A DNA stretch of 64,000 nucleotides, taken from assembly GCA_024408335.1 (NCBI GenBank), contig JAKSVB010000008.1, positions 12,967 through 76,966 on the forward strand. The letters run 5' to 3'. The notes beneath the pieces are model-generated. The model saw only the letters and a program-made list of their open reading frames with translations, had not been told where the DNA came from and searched no databases. Below, piece by piece: positions 31,201 through 40,469 of the stretch; the first letter of the stretch is position 1, and the number at the start of each line of letters is the position of its first letter. The stretch comes from Bacilli bacterium (GTDB taxonomy: Bacteria > Bacillota_I > Bacilli_A > RFN20 > CAG-826). The translations under genes were made by a program, and so were the position numbers.

Positions 31201-34200
31201 AACAGCGTTTGTCACGTCGTCATCTCCGTACCAGGAAGCTGCTCTTAAAGCGGTTTTGATAAGTCCTGTGAAGGCTGTGTCTTTTAAGCCTGCAGTATTT
31301 TTTTGGAATGGAGTTAAGGTTGAGAAGATAGGTGAATCGTTAAGGGTGTGAAGGAGAGGAGCAAGGAAGCTCTTACCACCTAAATTGATGACGTTTGAAA
31401 GGATTGTGGAATCGATCTTTCCATCGCTTGCCAAAATACCTGAAACTGGGTCCATGACGATTTCGAGCATATCGGAAATGCTATTGGCAACGCTTTCGCG
31501 GTTTGCGGCGTTAGCTTGGTTATACGCAAACATGACGTTGCAGTTTGCGAATGAGTCGTTGCTCTCTTTGAGGACGTCGACTAGGGTCTTAACGATTTGA
31601 GCTAAGCCAGTCTTTGAGAGAAGCATGCTGTTAGAGATATCGAGAAGGAGGTTACGGAAATATGGGGTCTTGAGTTTGCCAAGATTGACGTCGCTTCCAT
31701 CTGATACGAGGTCGAATGCGCCACTATAGCTAAGTCCGCCAATGATGGAGGCAAGGACTTCGCCTTCTTGAACGAAGAGGTCTTTGCATTCGGCGATTGT
31801 TGCGTTTTGTTTTGCTTCTAAGAGAGTGTCAACAAGAACGCTATAAGAAGAATCAAGTGATGGGTCAGCCGCTTTTACTTCATAGACGCCACCTTCATAT
31901 GTTTCGATGAGGTTGGTGAAGAATTGTCCTGCTGAACCTGCGCCTTTAAGAATCTTGACGAGTTTGTTGGCGAGGTAATCAGGGAAGACATAATCTTTTG
32001 TTCCGTCTTCGAGTGTCTTCACGAAGAGGTCTGATTTTGCAAAGCATCCAAAGACGCTTGAAATCATTTCTGGGTTGAGGCTTGCCAAATCAATGTTGGA
32101 GATATCGCCGATTTCTGATGCGTATTTCATCATCGCATCAAGAGCTTCGCCTTCTGTCGTCCAATCTTCGATGGACTTGAAGGAGATTTGAACGGTTTCA
32201 CCGCCTTGGTCGATATAAGTGAAGATCGCATTATCTTTGAGGCTATTGTCAATGACGCTTCCGATAACGGTTTGAAGGAGTTCGCTGCCGGCAACGTGGT
32301 TAAAGAGAGTGCCGAACGAAATCTTTCCTAAAGAATCGATGCTAAGTTCGCTAAGTGAGCCAAGGATGTTTTCTTCGCAAAGATATTTGACCATGCCGAT
32401 GAGGCTTTCGAATTCGTTTGATGCATCGAAATTCTCATCCATGACGATGTCTTTGATTTCTCCTTTGAGGTCTTCGCCTGTTAAGCCAAACATCTCAAAG
32501 AGGCTTCCGAAGAGCTCACTGATGTTCTTGTTATAGACTGGGTGTCCATTCTCTTCGAAGACTGGGTTGAAGATTTTGTTGTTTGCGATTGAAGAAAGGA
32601 GAGTGACGATTTGGCTTTCTCCACTGCTTGTCTTGTACTTTGTCATCTCAAGGAAGGTCTTTTCGATGGCTCCGAAATTGGATGAGCCGCTGGTAAGAGA
32701 CATGACGCATGAGAGAGCTTCTTGGCACTCGTTATATGAACGGATGAGGTTTGCGAGTTCTCTACCGAAGTGTGATTTGCCATCGGTGCCAATGCAGTTA
32801 AGGTCGAGAGTGATATCAAGGCCCATTGAGCCAAGGACGCCTTGATCTCCGATGAGGAATCCTTCCATGGTCTTAGGAAGGACGTTAGTGAAGATGATTG
32901 ATTTATCGAGGTTTGAGACAGCAGAAGCAAAAGCGTCTAAGAGTTCTGGTTTAGCGCCTAAGAATCCGCCTTTGTCATCAAAATAGATTCCAGGTAATGT
33001 GTCGAAATGCAAGACGAGGTCTTTGCCTTCTTCTGAGTCGAGAAGTGGGTCTAGGACTTGGAAGATCGAATGAACTTCTTCTTTGACGGATGAAATTCTA
33101 TCTGCGGTTTCTTTTTCTTTGTAATCGGTAATGACTTCCTCAAGGCTAATGGCCTTTTCGTCGCTTAATGAAAGAGCGTCGTTCATTGCAGATTCGATCA
33201 TCTTGAGGATTGTTGGGATGGCGTTAGATAAAAGTTTGGAATCGAAAAGACAATAGTTTTCAGTAATGCCATCGACAGGTGTTCCATCAAGCCAGTGTTC
33301 AATGGAGTCTGCGTTTTCGAAGACGAGAGAGATGATGTCGTTAATCGCATTATCGCCTAAGCCATTTGAGTCTTCTTCAAAGAGAGGGTCGATGATAATG
33401 TTTAAGAATCTAGCATCCACGTTCACGATTTGGATAAGTGAGTCGAGAACGAGAGCGAGTTCGCTTGCAAGATCGATGTCTTTGATGCAGCTAGGAACTG
33501 CGAGAGGGACACCATTTTCATTTGTTTTCAAATCGTCCTCTGTAAGTTCTGGGAAAAGGTCTTTTAAGCCAAGCTTCACTTCTTCGCTATCTGCGTCCGC
33601 TTGGTATTCTTTGACGAGTTTGACATAGATGGCACTCTTGACGATATCGTTAAGGAGAGCGAGTTTGCTTGGTGATAAGGTTGAAACGACGTCATTGAAG
33701 AAGCTGATGTTACTGACTTTGAAGAGCTTCTTAATGCTTTCAGCGCCAAGAGAGATCTTTCCATCTTGGTCGATCATGTCGCCGATTATGCCTGATTCTT
33801 GGACCGTTTCGAAAAGGGAAACGAGTTCTTCTAAGGTTTTGGCAGTGTCGTAACTTGAAACATCAATGCCTTCAGCGGTTCCGATCATTTTGAAGACTTC
33901 AGCGTTATTAAGAGCGACTTCAAGGGCGAAAGGAAGGATTGCTTGGACAAGGCCGCTGTTACCGATGGCGTTAAGGAGTTTGGTTGATTGCTCGCCAGCG
34001 ACGAAGGCAAGAACTGTTTCTGCTGTAATGGCGTCTTGTGAAAGAAGACCAGAATTAACAACGTAGCTTCCCATCTTAGCAACGTTACCAAGTTCTTTGA
34101 TGAAGCTGACTTGCATATCTTTGTCGACTTCGATTGTGGAAATGAAGTTAAGGAGGGCTTGATCATAGCTCATGCCATTTGAATCGACATACCATGAGAA

Positions 34201-34956
34201 GAAAGCCTTATTGAAAAGTGAGTTTTCGTAAGTGTCAAAGACGGAATAGAGAAGACCGATTTGCTCGTTACCTACGACAACTGAGCTATAGTTTTCATCA
34301 TTTTCATCAAGGCGTTCAAAGCCTCTGTTAAGTGTGTTGACTAGTCCTGTAAGAGGAGTTAAGAACATTGCAAAGACAAGAACCGCAGTAACGGCTTCTT
34401 CAAAACCAGAAATAACTCTCTTGGTCTTCTTTTTGCGTTTTTCTTTTGGGGTGATGAATTTGAAAGCGACGTGCCAAAGGAGGAAACAGAGGAGGTTGCC
34501 GACGATAATGACAAGAAGCGCTTCAATAAGAAGGAGGAGGACTGCTGCAATTGATGTCGCAAAACCGATTGTGTAATTTGCGATGGTTGTAGGGTCAGCA
34601 TTGATGTTGGCTGCAACCATGAGGTCGGAAAGGAAATTCGAAACAGTCTCTTTTAGTGAGGTCACGTTAATCCAAATTTCCGCTGGAGTTCCTGTTCCTA
34701 GGTCCACCGTCATGGATGTAGAGATGTTAACGCCAAACGCTCTTAAATCAAGGCTTGCAAGTGCTCCTGCCAAAGGTTTGACAGTAAGAACGCAAACAAG
34801 AATTAAGATTGTCATGAAGATGATACGGTAAGTACCATATCTCCAGCCAAGAAGAAGGCCTCTGAGGAAGCCTAAAAGGAAGATAGCGAACACCGACCAA
34901 AAAGCAACGGTAAGGGCTATATTCGTAATGTTGATGATTTCAGCAATGTTTCCCAT
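28264..34956 (-). CDS. Giant (~2230 aa) membrane-anchored helical-repeat protein
   Basis: Four N-terminal TM segments (CvpA-like layout), long acidic helical ectodomain; GGAGG SD before ATG 34956. Confidence 0.8.
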   Translation of the reverse strand: MGNIAEIINITNIALTVAFWSVFAIFLLGFLRGLLLGWRYGTYRIIFMTILILVCVLTVKPLAGALASLDLRAFGVNISTSMTVDLGTGTPAEIWINVTSLKETVSNFLSDLMVAANINADPTTIANYTIGFATSIAAVLLLLIEALLVIIVGNLLCFLLWHVAFKFITPKEKRKKKTKRVISGFEEAVTAVLVFAMFLTPLTGLVNTLNRGFERLDENDENYSSVVVGNEQIGLLYSVFDTYENSLFNKAFFSWYVDSNGMSYDQALLNFISTIEVDKDMQVSFIKELGNVAKMGSYVVNSGLLSQDAITAETVLAFVAGEQSTKLLNAIGNSGLVQAILPFALEVALNNAEVFKMIGTAEGIDVSSYDTAKTLEELVSLFETVQESGIIGDMIDQDGKISLGAESIKKLFKVSNISFFNDVVSTLSPSKLALLNDIVKSAIYVKLVKEYQADADSEEVKLGLKDLFPELTEDDLKTNENGVPLAVPSCIKDIDLASELALVLDSLIQIVNVDARFLNIIIDPLFEEDSNGLGDNAINDIISLVFENADSIEHWLDGTPVDGITENYCLFDSKLLSNAIPTILKMIESAMNDALSLSDEKAISLEEVITDYKEKETADRISSVKEEVHSIFQVLDPLLDSEEGKDLVLHFDTLPGIYFDDKGGFLGAKPELLDAFASAVSNLDKSIIFTNVLPKTMEGFLIGDQGVLGSMGLDITLDLNCIGTDGKSHFGRELANLIRSYNECQEALSCVMSLTSGSSNFGAIEKTFLEMTKYKTSSGESQIVTLLSSIANNKIFNPVFEENGHPVYNKNISELFGSLFEMFGLTGEDLKGEIKDIVMDENFDASNEFESLIGMVKYLCEENILGSLSELSIDSLGKISFGTLFNHVAGSELLQTVIGSVIDNSLKDNAIFTYIDQGGETVQISFKSIEDWTTEGEALDAMMKYASEIGDISNIDLASLNPEMISSVFGCFAKSDLFVKTLEDGTKDYVFPDYLANKLVKILKGAGSAGQFFTNLIETYEGGVYEVKAADPSLDSSYSVLVDTLLEAKQNATIAECKDLFVQEGEVLASIIGGLSYSGAFDLVSDGSDVNLGKLKTPYFRNLLLDISNSMLLSKTGLAQIVKTLVDVLKESNDSFANCNVMFAYNQANAANRESVANSISDMLEIVMDPVSGILASDGKIDSTILSNVINLGGKSFLAPLLHTLNDSPIFSTLTPFQKNTAGLKDTAFTGLIKTALRAASWYGDDDVTNAVFPHIQEMIETSTGGWDAEIDNFIEVVDDLQVMNLSLDANLDFSSFFTEEKFGIDIVYDLFKDINGSYILFPGFPVKLESALEALQNGTLATSGISLSGANIYYMGSALSDVGSHKYANVAIDDEETLKLVMTIRYSSALTAVDFGDFTALAGETIDTLTDMLALFAQSNIFNSKKSGASSTVFQSVMGKVLSNDAIKKYFYSSVSPKDKANLALYTDAESKAMYLAGSMYPVVSNLNSNSNTSNLNGDGNDSLRTLLKSLILDSDLTDVLSSGSMDTLNSAKLDGLLKSLNACDWTYDLVPNAIADTAKNLNIAEIELRRVNPFYCYGYDITKTGSTYYNSGTLLAEKDYTNRYDDAEMSLVAELIKLVKDNSDIVSSFTDVTKLQGVETMLLTLNESYVFHMADAGFDLLDATPGSGIVANNLSVFEQIMYSLYTKTGLSDLAYNAVYDGNYASASAKTLSMVKNLSDDLWSNEVSTLIYGGGNGLLGTAHGIHLFDGGNNSISSDNLMSITPTALGNLLYAVNRSTIVSDLVKYQIMDVLDDTIGFKNFSKVTTSFVPTAGASSYTIDLALPTYTLEIEASAAPTVSYKVAGSVNVITPSGTGPYVYTLYDGSAIKDRPLANAITIENGTNITSVKATFTVDNEISLTREAYDTVVAGEHVGAIAELIKVVNGCLYDGSDYINLESDPNALANVFTTPGNLTKIVNFIENEHSFFASGYDLAFKSSNNPSFTAGDVTVAGILNFHTAAGTMNLLSYMPHFDENDLKPAYADVRSVFEGVTIAEASAWLDGNIANAAAFYGFYSLLPNIQARANAIGDFAIGSLTIDDYLALTPGARYESFESYFKSGFCNVLYTDLREAAIADARFTQNNISASAFEVTETTFADFVNMNKETIIPLLRYNRLTGVDNGATNISILESAANYSATGALRDVLVVTFEKAIFEALLAKSPLAASSLVSMTPFGASGYYHAAANIANS

Positions 34957-35058
34957 GGAAAATCGTCCTCCGAAAATACGCTCCTTAATTATGGAATAGA
35001 CAACCATTAATTTTCAATTAAAATATAGTCGTTAGCCATCGGCCTAGAAAGAAAAAGA

Positions 35059-35856
35059 ATGAAGTTCAGTAACCCTTTTGCCAAAAAATGCTGCGAAATC
35101 TGTAAGACAGAATATGACGCTTATGCGTCAAGCTGTCCTGAGTGCGGAAAGAAAAATTCCAGGAAAGATGGGGTTCTACCTTTTGCTGAAGATAAGATTC
35201 TCGGACCTTATAGAGAGCTCCTTTGCTTCATTGTTGGATGGGCCCTTTTTCAGTACCTTGGATTCGTTGTTTCTCTGATATTCCAAGCCTTTGGAATGAA
35301 GCCTATTGGAGCGTCATTTATTTCTGCTGTTAACTATACCGTTTACGGGGTTTTGTTCGTTTTTCTTCTCTCAATCATCGCTCCAAAAATACCTTCTCTT
35401 TTCTCAAGATTCTTGACGAAAGACACCTTGCGAGGCCTCTTCGTTTTTGCCGCCATTGTGGCTTTCGATACCATTTGGGGAAGCCTCATTATTAGGATTG
35501 GCGCTACGACAAATAAGAACCAATCTGCCGTCAATGACATCGTTTCTTATTCTCCACTTCTCTCGCTTCTTTTTGTCGGAATCGTTGGTCCGATCTGCGA
35601 AGAAATCACCTATAGGCTTGGCCTCTTCACATTTTTAAAAAGAATCAACAAAGTGCTAGCGTTTATTGCCGTGACTATTTTCTTCGGGGCGATTCACCTT
35701 CATGATATAACGAGCTTAAATGAGTGGCTTTCCCTCCCTTCCTATATTTTTGCTGGATTCGCCTTCACTTACGCTTATGATAAATGGGGTATCGGAGCGT
35801 CAATTATTGCCCACGTTTTGACAAATTCCCTTGCTGTACTGGTGTCACTATTATGA
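35059..35856 (+). CDS. CPBP/CAAX (Abi) intramembrane protease with N-terminal zinc ribbon
   Basis: CEIC..CPEC; EEITYR, FGAIH, HVLTN. Confidence 0.9.
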   Translation: MKFSNPFAKKCCEICKTEYDAYASSCPECGKKNSRKDGVLPFAEDKILGPYRELLCFIVGWALFQYLGFVVSLIFQAFGMKPIGASFISAVNYTVYGVLFVFLLSIIAPKIPSLFSRFLTKDTLRGLFVFAAIVAFDTIWGSLIIRIGATTNKNQSAVNDIVSYSPLLSLLFVGIVGPICEEITYRLGLFTFLKRINKVLAFIAVTIFFGAIHLHDITSLNEWLSLPSYIFAGFAFTYAYDKWGIGASIIAHVLTNSLAVLVSLL

Positions 35857-36758
35857 AAGAAAAAATGCAGGTCCTTAATCAACTTCCGTTAAAGATAATC
35901 GCTCTTTTAACGATGACTATCGACCACATTGGTTTCATGATGCGCGCTTTCGGTGCGTTCCCAGCGGGATCACAAGCACTAATCATGTCGGATATCTTCA
36001 GAATGGTTGGTAGAATCGCCTTCCCATTATTCATATTTATTCTTGCGGAAGGACTTCACAAAAGCCATGACCGTCTTAATTATATATTAAGACTTTCCAT
36101 ATTCTGGGCAGGTATTGCCATTGCCGAACTCATCATTAGCGCTGCGATGCCAAACATCTATTTTGACGCCCAAGCATTCACTGATCTAATCATGTTTGCG
36201 CTTGTGATTTACCTCATCGAGCACCCTAAAAAACCATTGCGTTTCCTGGCTATTATGCCTTTTGCCTATATCATTTTGAGCTTTGTTGCAGGACTAAGCG
36301 AAGCCTATGCCTATAGCGCGGGCCAGATCTCTGTTTGGTCTTCATACTTCCCAACATTCATGAGATGCGGCTATTCGCTATATGGCTTCCTCATGTTCTT
36401 AGGAATCTACTACGCACCAGTCCTCGTTAAAAAGGTCACGAGCCACTTCATGAAAGGGACAGACATTGATCTTTCCGAATGGACCGAAGGACCGAAATAC
36501 CAAGGGCTTATTAACTCAATCGCAAACAGTTCAATCATCATTGTGACCTTGATTTTCTGGTTACTCCAAAAGATTACAGGCCTTAACGCTTTCTTATATT
36601 TAGGAACAATCCAAAGCTACTGCGTCATCGCTTGTTTGTTCATCACGTTCTATAATGGCAAAAGAGGTTGGGACAGAAAATGGTTCCGCTACTTACAATA
36701 CTTCTATTATCCATTGCATATGGTTTTGATTTATGGAGTATTTGCATTATTCTTTTAA
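35853..36758 (+). CDS. TraX family membrane acyltransferase-like protein
   Basis: LKIIALLTMTIDH, GRIAFPLF, YNGKRG, YFYYPLH; ATGA overlap. Confidence 0.85.
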   Translation: MKEKMQVLNQLPLKIIALLTMTIDHIGFMMRAFGAFPAGSQALIMSDIFRMVGRIAFPLFIFILAEGLHKSHDRLNYILRLSIFWAGIAIAELIISAAMPNIYFDAQAFTDLIMFALVIYLIEHPKKPLRFLAIMPFAYIILSFVAGLSEAYAYSAGQISVWSSYFPTFMRCGYSLYGFLMFLGIYYAPVLVKKVTSHFMKGTDIDLSEWTEGPKYQGLINSIANSSIIIVTLIFWLLQKITGLNAFLYLGTIQSYCVIACLFITFYNGKRGWDRKWFRYLQYFYYPLHMVLIYGVFALFF

Positions 36759-36776
36759 TGTAGAAAGGAAAACACT

Positions 36777-37085
36777 ATGATCATCGAAATTAAAGATATC
36801 GCTCAATTTGAGGAAGAAACCAAAGAAGGAAAAGTCATCGTCGACTTTAACGCTACCTGGTGTGGACCATGCAAAATGCTTGCTCCAATCTTAGAAAAGA
36901 TTTCAGAGGAGCACAAAGAAGTCAAAATCCTTGGAGTCGACTGCGACGTCAACGGACAGCTCGCTGCAAAATACAACATCATGAGCATTCCAGCCCTTAT
37001 CCTCTTCGAGGATGGAAAACCAGTCGACATGAAAGTTGGTTTCATGCCAGAAGACAATGTTCTTCGCTTTGCAAAGTTAAAATAG
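36777..37085 (+). CDS. trxA: Thioredoxin
   Basis: WCGPC. Confidence 0.97.
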   Translation: MIIEIKDIAQFEEETKEGKVIVDFNATWCGPCKMLAPILEKISEEHKEVKILGVDCDVNGQLAAKYNIMSIPALILFEDGKPVDMKVGFMPEDNVLRFAKLK

Positions 37086-37168
37086 TAAAGACAATTAGAG
37101 CAAGAAATACAAAAAATCTTGCTCTTTTTATTTACCATCACTTCAAAGAGTGTTATATTTTCTACCAC

Positions 37169-37243
37169 GGGCCGTTGGTCCAACGGTTATGATGCTAGCC
37201 TGTCACGCTTGAGACACGAGTTCGACTCTCGTACGGCCCGCCA
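37169..37243 (+). tRNA. tRNA-Asp (GTC)
   Basis: GGGCCGT/ACGGCCC acceptor stem, loop CTGTCAC, TTCGA, encoded CCA. Confidence 0.93.
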
Positions 37244-37250
37244 AATAACT

Positions 37251-37324
37251 GCAGGTGTAGTTCAATGGTAGAACATCAGCCTTCCAAGCTGAATACGCGG
37301 GTTCGATTCCCGTCACCTGCTCCA
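37251..37324 (+). tRNA. tRNA-Gly (TCC)
   Basis: GCAGGTG/CACCTGC acceptor stem, loop CTTCCAA, TTCGA, CCA. Confidence 0.96.
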
Positions 37325-37335
37325 TTACAATAAAA

Positions 37336-37360
37336 ATCCCGACGAAGCGGGACTTTTTTT
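37336..37360 (+). terminator. Terminator after the tRNA pair
   Basis: TCCCG-ACGAAG-CGGGA then C and T7. Confidence 0.7.
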
Positions 37361-37402
37361 GTATTTAGGTGACGGGAATCTATATTATTCCTCGTATTGG
37401 AT

Positions 37403-38047
37403 TTACTTTTTTACTTCAGAAAAACCAAGCCAAATGAGAATGCCGTCCATGATCAATCTGAAAAGTGAAATCACGGAGTACATTTGGTACGAATGCGTGA
37501 AGATCGTGAGTGTGAAATAAATCGAAAAAACAATTGTAAGAATAATCCACATGTACCTATACGATTTGTCGTTTTTTCTATAATAGAAAAGAATAACTAA
37601 TATTCCGATTATTAACGCATTAGGGATTGTTACTATAGCGGACCTGAGGTTAACGGACATATCACCCCAGAGGCTATCAGGCAACAGAGTTAATACAACT
37701 TTTGCCAAAAACAAACCAAAGAACGTTATTCTTAGAGGCCAATTCTTGGTTTCGTACCTCATTTCATAGAAAACATAAATCATCGGGAAGAAGAGAGCGA
37801 GCGATACCGTTCCTATCTCGTGTTCAAAAATGAGTCTGACTACGTTATCCTTAAACAAATTGTAATCTAAAATGATTTTCGAAATGAACCAGTACGTAAT
37901 TCCGAGGACCATGATCAACGTCATGACTCCGAAGAAGATGAATTGTTTCTCACCTTTGCTGTTTTTTAGAATAAGCACCCCAATGACGGTTCCAAAACCC
38001 ATAAAGAGGATGCCGAAAATCGTTTCAATTATTGCTAATGCGCCCAT
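37403..38047 (-). CDS. Multi-pass membrane protein, hypothetical
   Basis: About 7 hydrophobic segments; AAGGAG SD. Confidence 0.75.
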   Translation of the reverse strand: MGALAIIETIFGILFMGFGTVIGVLILKNSKGEKQFIFFGVMTLIMVLGITYWFISKIILDYNLFKDNVVRLIFEHEIGTVSLALFFPMIYVFYEMRYETKNWPLRITFFGLFLAKVVLTLLPDSLWGDMSVNLRSAIVTIPNALIIGILVILFYYRKNDKSYRYMWIILTIVFSIYFTLTIFTHSYQMYSVISLFRLIMDGILIWLGFSEVKK

Positions 38048-38154
38048 ATGTTGTCTCCTTGACTTTTCAAATGATATCAGCCAAAACGCTACTCAACAAT
38101 CCGAAACCGCAATCACGAAAAAGAAAGGCGAGCAATAAGCCCGCCTAATTCGTT

Positions 38155-39357
38155 TTACGCGTTAACTTGATGGATGATAGGCTTAATCTCGCAGTTGCCT
38201 TGGATTGTAACTTTGCCGCCAGTAGGGACATTATTAGAATCCTTCTCGAGTGAGAAGCCAAGTTTTCTTCCTTCAATTAATTCTGAGTGAGGATTGGTGA
38301 TTCCAGCTGTTGCGTTTGTGTATGTACCTTCAAGAAGGTAAGTGACATTAGCTACACCACCGCTGGTATTTGCGACTGAATAAGTGTATTTGGAAACGCC
38401 ATTATATTTGACTTCGAGAGTTGTTGAGTTTGTTGAGACAACTCTTTCGTAAGTAATTTCATCACCGTATTTGACGTTAAATGACACGTGGTTTCCGCCA
38501 GTTGATGTCAATGTGACTTGGAAATCTTTATATTCGGTTTCGTATTTTGAAGTGAATTCGAGTTTGAGCTTATCTCCAAGGAGATTTCCGACTTCGATCC
38601 ATTTTGTGCCATCTGAAAGATAAGCTGGATATGTTGGCATGTGATCTGTGAGTGTCTTATCGAGATAGATAACGCCGCAGTTGCCTGTTGCTTTAGCATC
38701 ATCTGGAGCGCCTAAACCCCATGCAGGTCCGCTTGTTCCGTCTTTCCAGGTGTTGGTTAATGCATTGGCGCTAGTGAAAGCAACTTTTGTATTAGAAGTA
38801 TCTTTATCGAGGGTCCAGCCTTCGAAATTGTAGGCGTTGTAATATTCTGGATGTTCCTCGCTTGGGTTTGTTGCTGGGTAAGCAATGGCTGCTCCGAAAT
38901 CAACGGTTTTCTCTTCGTATGTTTTGCCGCAATTTTTGAAAACCGCACTCATTTTGTAGGCCTTTTCCTTGAATGAGGCAACGACTTTGCAATCGCCTTT
39001 TATGTGTTCGAGATCGACTTCTTGGCCATCAAGAGCTGCATCGACTTTGTTGCTAAACGAAGCGTCATAGGTACCAACCCATTTGTCAAAGACAAATCTT
39101 GCGCCTGGGGTGGTTAAATCCATATCGGTATGAGGGAGCCAGTCATAATTTTCTCCATCCATCGATCTGAATGAAGCTGCTCTATTCTCTGGGACATAGG
39201 CGTAACCTACTTGGGTGCCATCCTCATCGAAATAGTTGACTGTATATACTGGAGATCCTTTTGCTGGTCCATCTTCACCGCCTGCACAGCTGAAAAGCAT
39301 TGGTCCACTAGCGATCAAACCAATAAGCAAAAGATTCTTAAAACTAATTTTTTTCAT
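38155..39357 (-). CDS. Lipoprotein with InlB-B-repeat-like modules
   Basis: Lipobox LFSC; YTVNYFDEDG..FDKW and YNFEGW modules. Confidence 0.7.
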   Translation of the reverse strand: MKKISFKNLLLIGLIASGPMLFSCAGGEDGPAKGSPVYTVNYFDEDGTQVGYAYVPENRAASFRSMDGENYDWLPHTDMDLTTPGARFVFDKWVGTYDASFSNKVDAALDGQEVDLEHIKGDCKVVASFKEKAYKMSAVFKNCGKTYEEKTVDFGAAIAYPATNPSEEHPEYYNAYNFEGWTLDKDTSNTKVAFTSANALTNTWKDGTSGPAWGLGAPDDAKATGNCGVIYLDKTLTDHMPTYPAYLSDGTKWIEVGNLLGDKLKLEFTSKYETEYKDFQVTLTSTGGNHVSFNVKYGDEITYERVVSTNSTTLEVKYNGVSKYTYSVANTSGGVANVTYLLEGTYTNATAGITNPHSELIEGRKLGFSLEKDSNNVPTGGKVTIQGNCEIKPIIHQVNA

Positions 39358-39530
39358 AACAAGATTATGGTCTAAAACTTCCTTTTAAGGAAGAAAAATT
39401 ATTACAAAAGATGAACTAACCCTTAAAAATGGTGGAAAAAAATCTTATGGAGTATAAAATACTCATTGCAGCCCCCTTTCAATATAGGCGAGGCTTAGGC
39501 TAAAATTCATTAAAGGTTAGGTAAAAGTCT

Positions 39531-39995
39531 ATGAAAAAATCAAGATCCGCAACTCGTATTATCTCAGTATTCGTTCTCATCTTTGGCTTCGTTGCTATGA
39601 TGTGTATGTTCGCTGACGCATTCGCTGGTGAAAACGGATGTCCACGTGGCAACCTCTTCAACGTCATGTTCGGCCTTAGAGAAGGCATGAACCCAGTCGC
39701 TCTCTTAATTGTCGGCTTCGCATTCGTCGTTCTTCTTATGATCAGCGGCCTCGCTGGTATCATCGTCGGTGAAGCATCAGGAAAAACATTAGCATTCACA
39801 AACATCGCTCTTGGCGTTGTTGCTGGTGTCCTCTTCCTCTTATCCATGGTCTTCTATGGAATGTCAAACCCACAAGTCGATATGGCAGCAACCGCAGATA
39901 ACGCATTAGGCAGTGGCTCAATCACAGTCGCTATCTTCTCATTCCTCGCAGCAGGATTTGGCGTCATCGATCTTCTTGTTCACTCAAAGAAGTAA
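39531..39995 (+). CDS. 4-TM membrane protein, hypothetical
   Basis: Hydrophobicity pattern; followed by a terminator. Confidence 0.8.
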   Translation: MKKSRSATRIISVFVLIFGFVAMMCMFADAFAGENGCPRGNLFNVMFGLREGMNPVALLIVGFAFVVLLMISGLAGIIVGEASGKTLAFTNIALGVVAGVLFLLSMVFYGMSNPQVDMAATADNALGSGSITVAIFSFLAAGFGVIDLLVHSKK

Positions 39996-40013
39996 TTCCC
40001 TAAACGAAAACAG

Positions 40014-40042
40014 AAAAGCCTTCCGGTCTTCGGAAGGCTTTT
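40014..40042. terminator. Bidirectional terminator
   Basis: AAAAGCCTTCCG-GTCTT-CGGAAGGCTTTT. Confidence 0.85.
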
Positions 40043-40469
40043 ATTTTGCGTATTTGTATCCCCTGCTATCTAGGCCTTCGATAATCTTATTAACACATTC
40101 GTCTAAGTGTTTGTTAATCTCGTTTCCCCAAAACCTATATATAAGATATCCTTCGCTTGCTAGCTTGGCGTTAACCTCATTATCCCTTTCGATGTTGCGT
40201 TTTATCTTAGGGATCCAGTAATGACGGTTGGAGGATATCTTTTTCTCATTCTTCTCAAAGTTATAGCCATGCCAGAACTCGGAATCACAAAAAACAACGA
40301 CTTTATAGGCTTTAAAGGAAATGTCTGGATGGCCAAAGATGTATTTGCTGTTGCAACGGTATCTGCATCCTTTTTCATATAAGGCTTTTCTAAGCTTCAC
40401 TTCGATCGAGGTATCTTTGCCTCTAATTCTACTCATCGTATATGAGACGGTCGCTTCATCACGCTTCAT
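40041..40469 (-). CDS. vsr: Very short patch repair endonuclease
   Basis: MSRIRGKDTSIE, GHPDI, FCDSEFWHG, YWIPKIKRNIERD. Confidence 0.93.
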   Translation of the reverse strand: MKRDEATVSYTMSRIRGKDTSIEVKLRKALYEKGCRYRCNSKYIFGHPDISFKAYKVVVFCDSEFWHGYNFEKNEKKISSNRHYWIPKIKRNIERDNEVNAKLASEGYLIYRFWGNEINKHLDECVNKIIEGLDSRGYKYAK

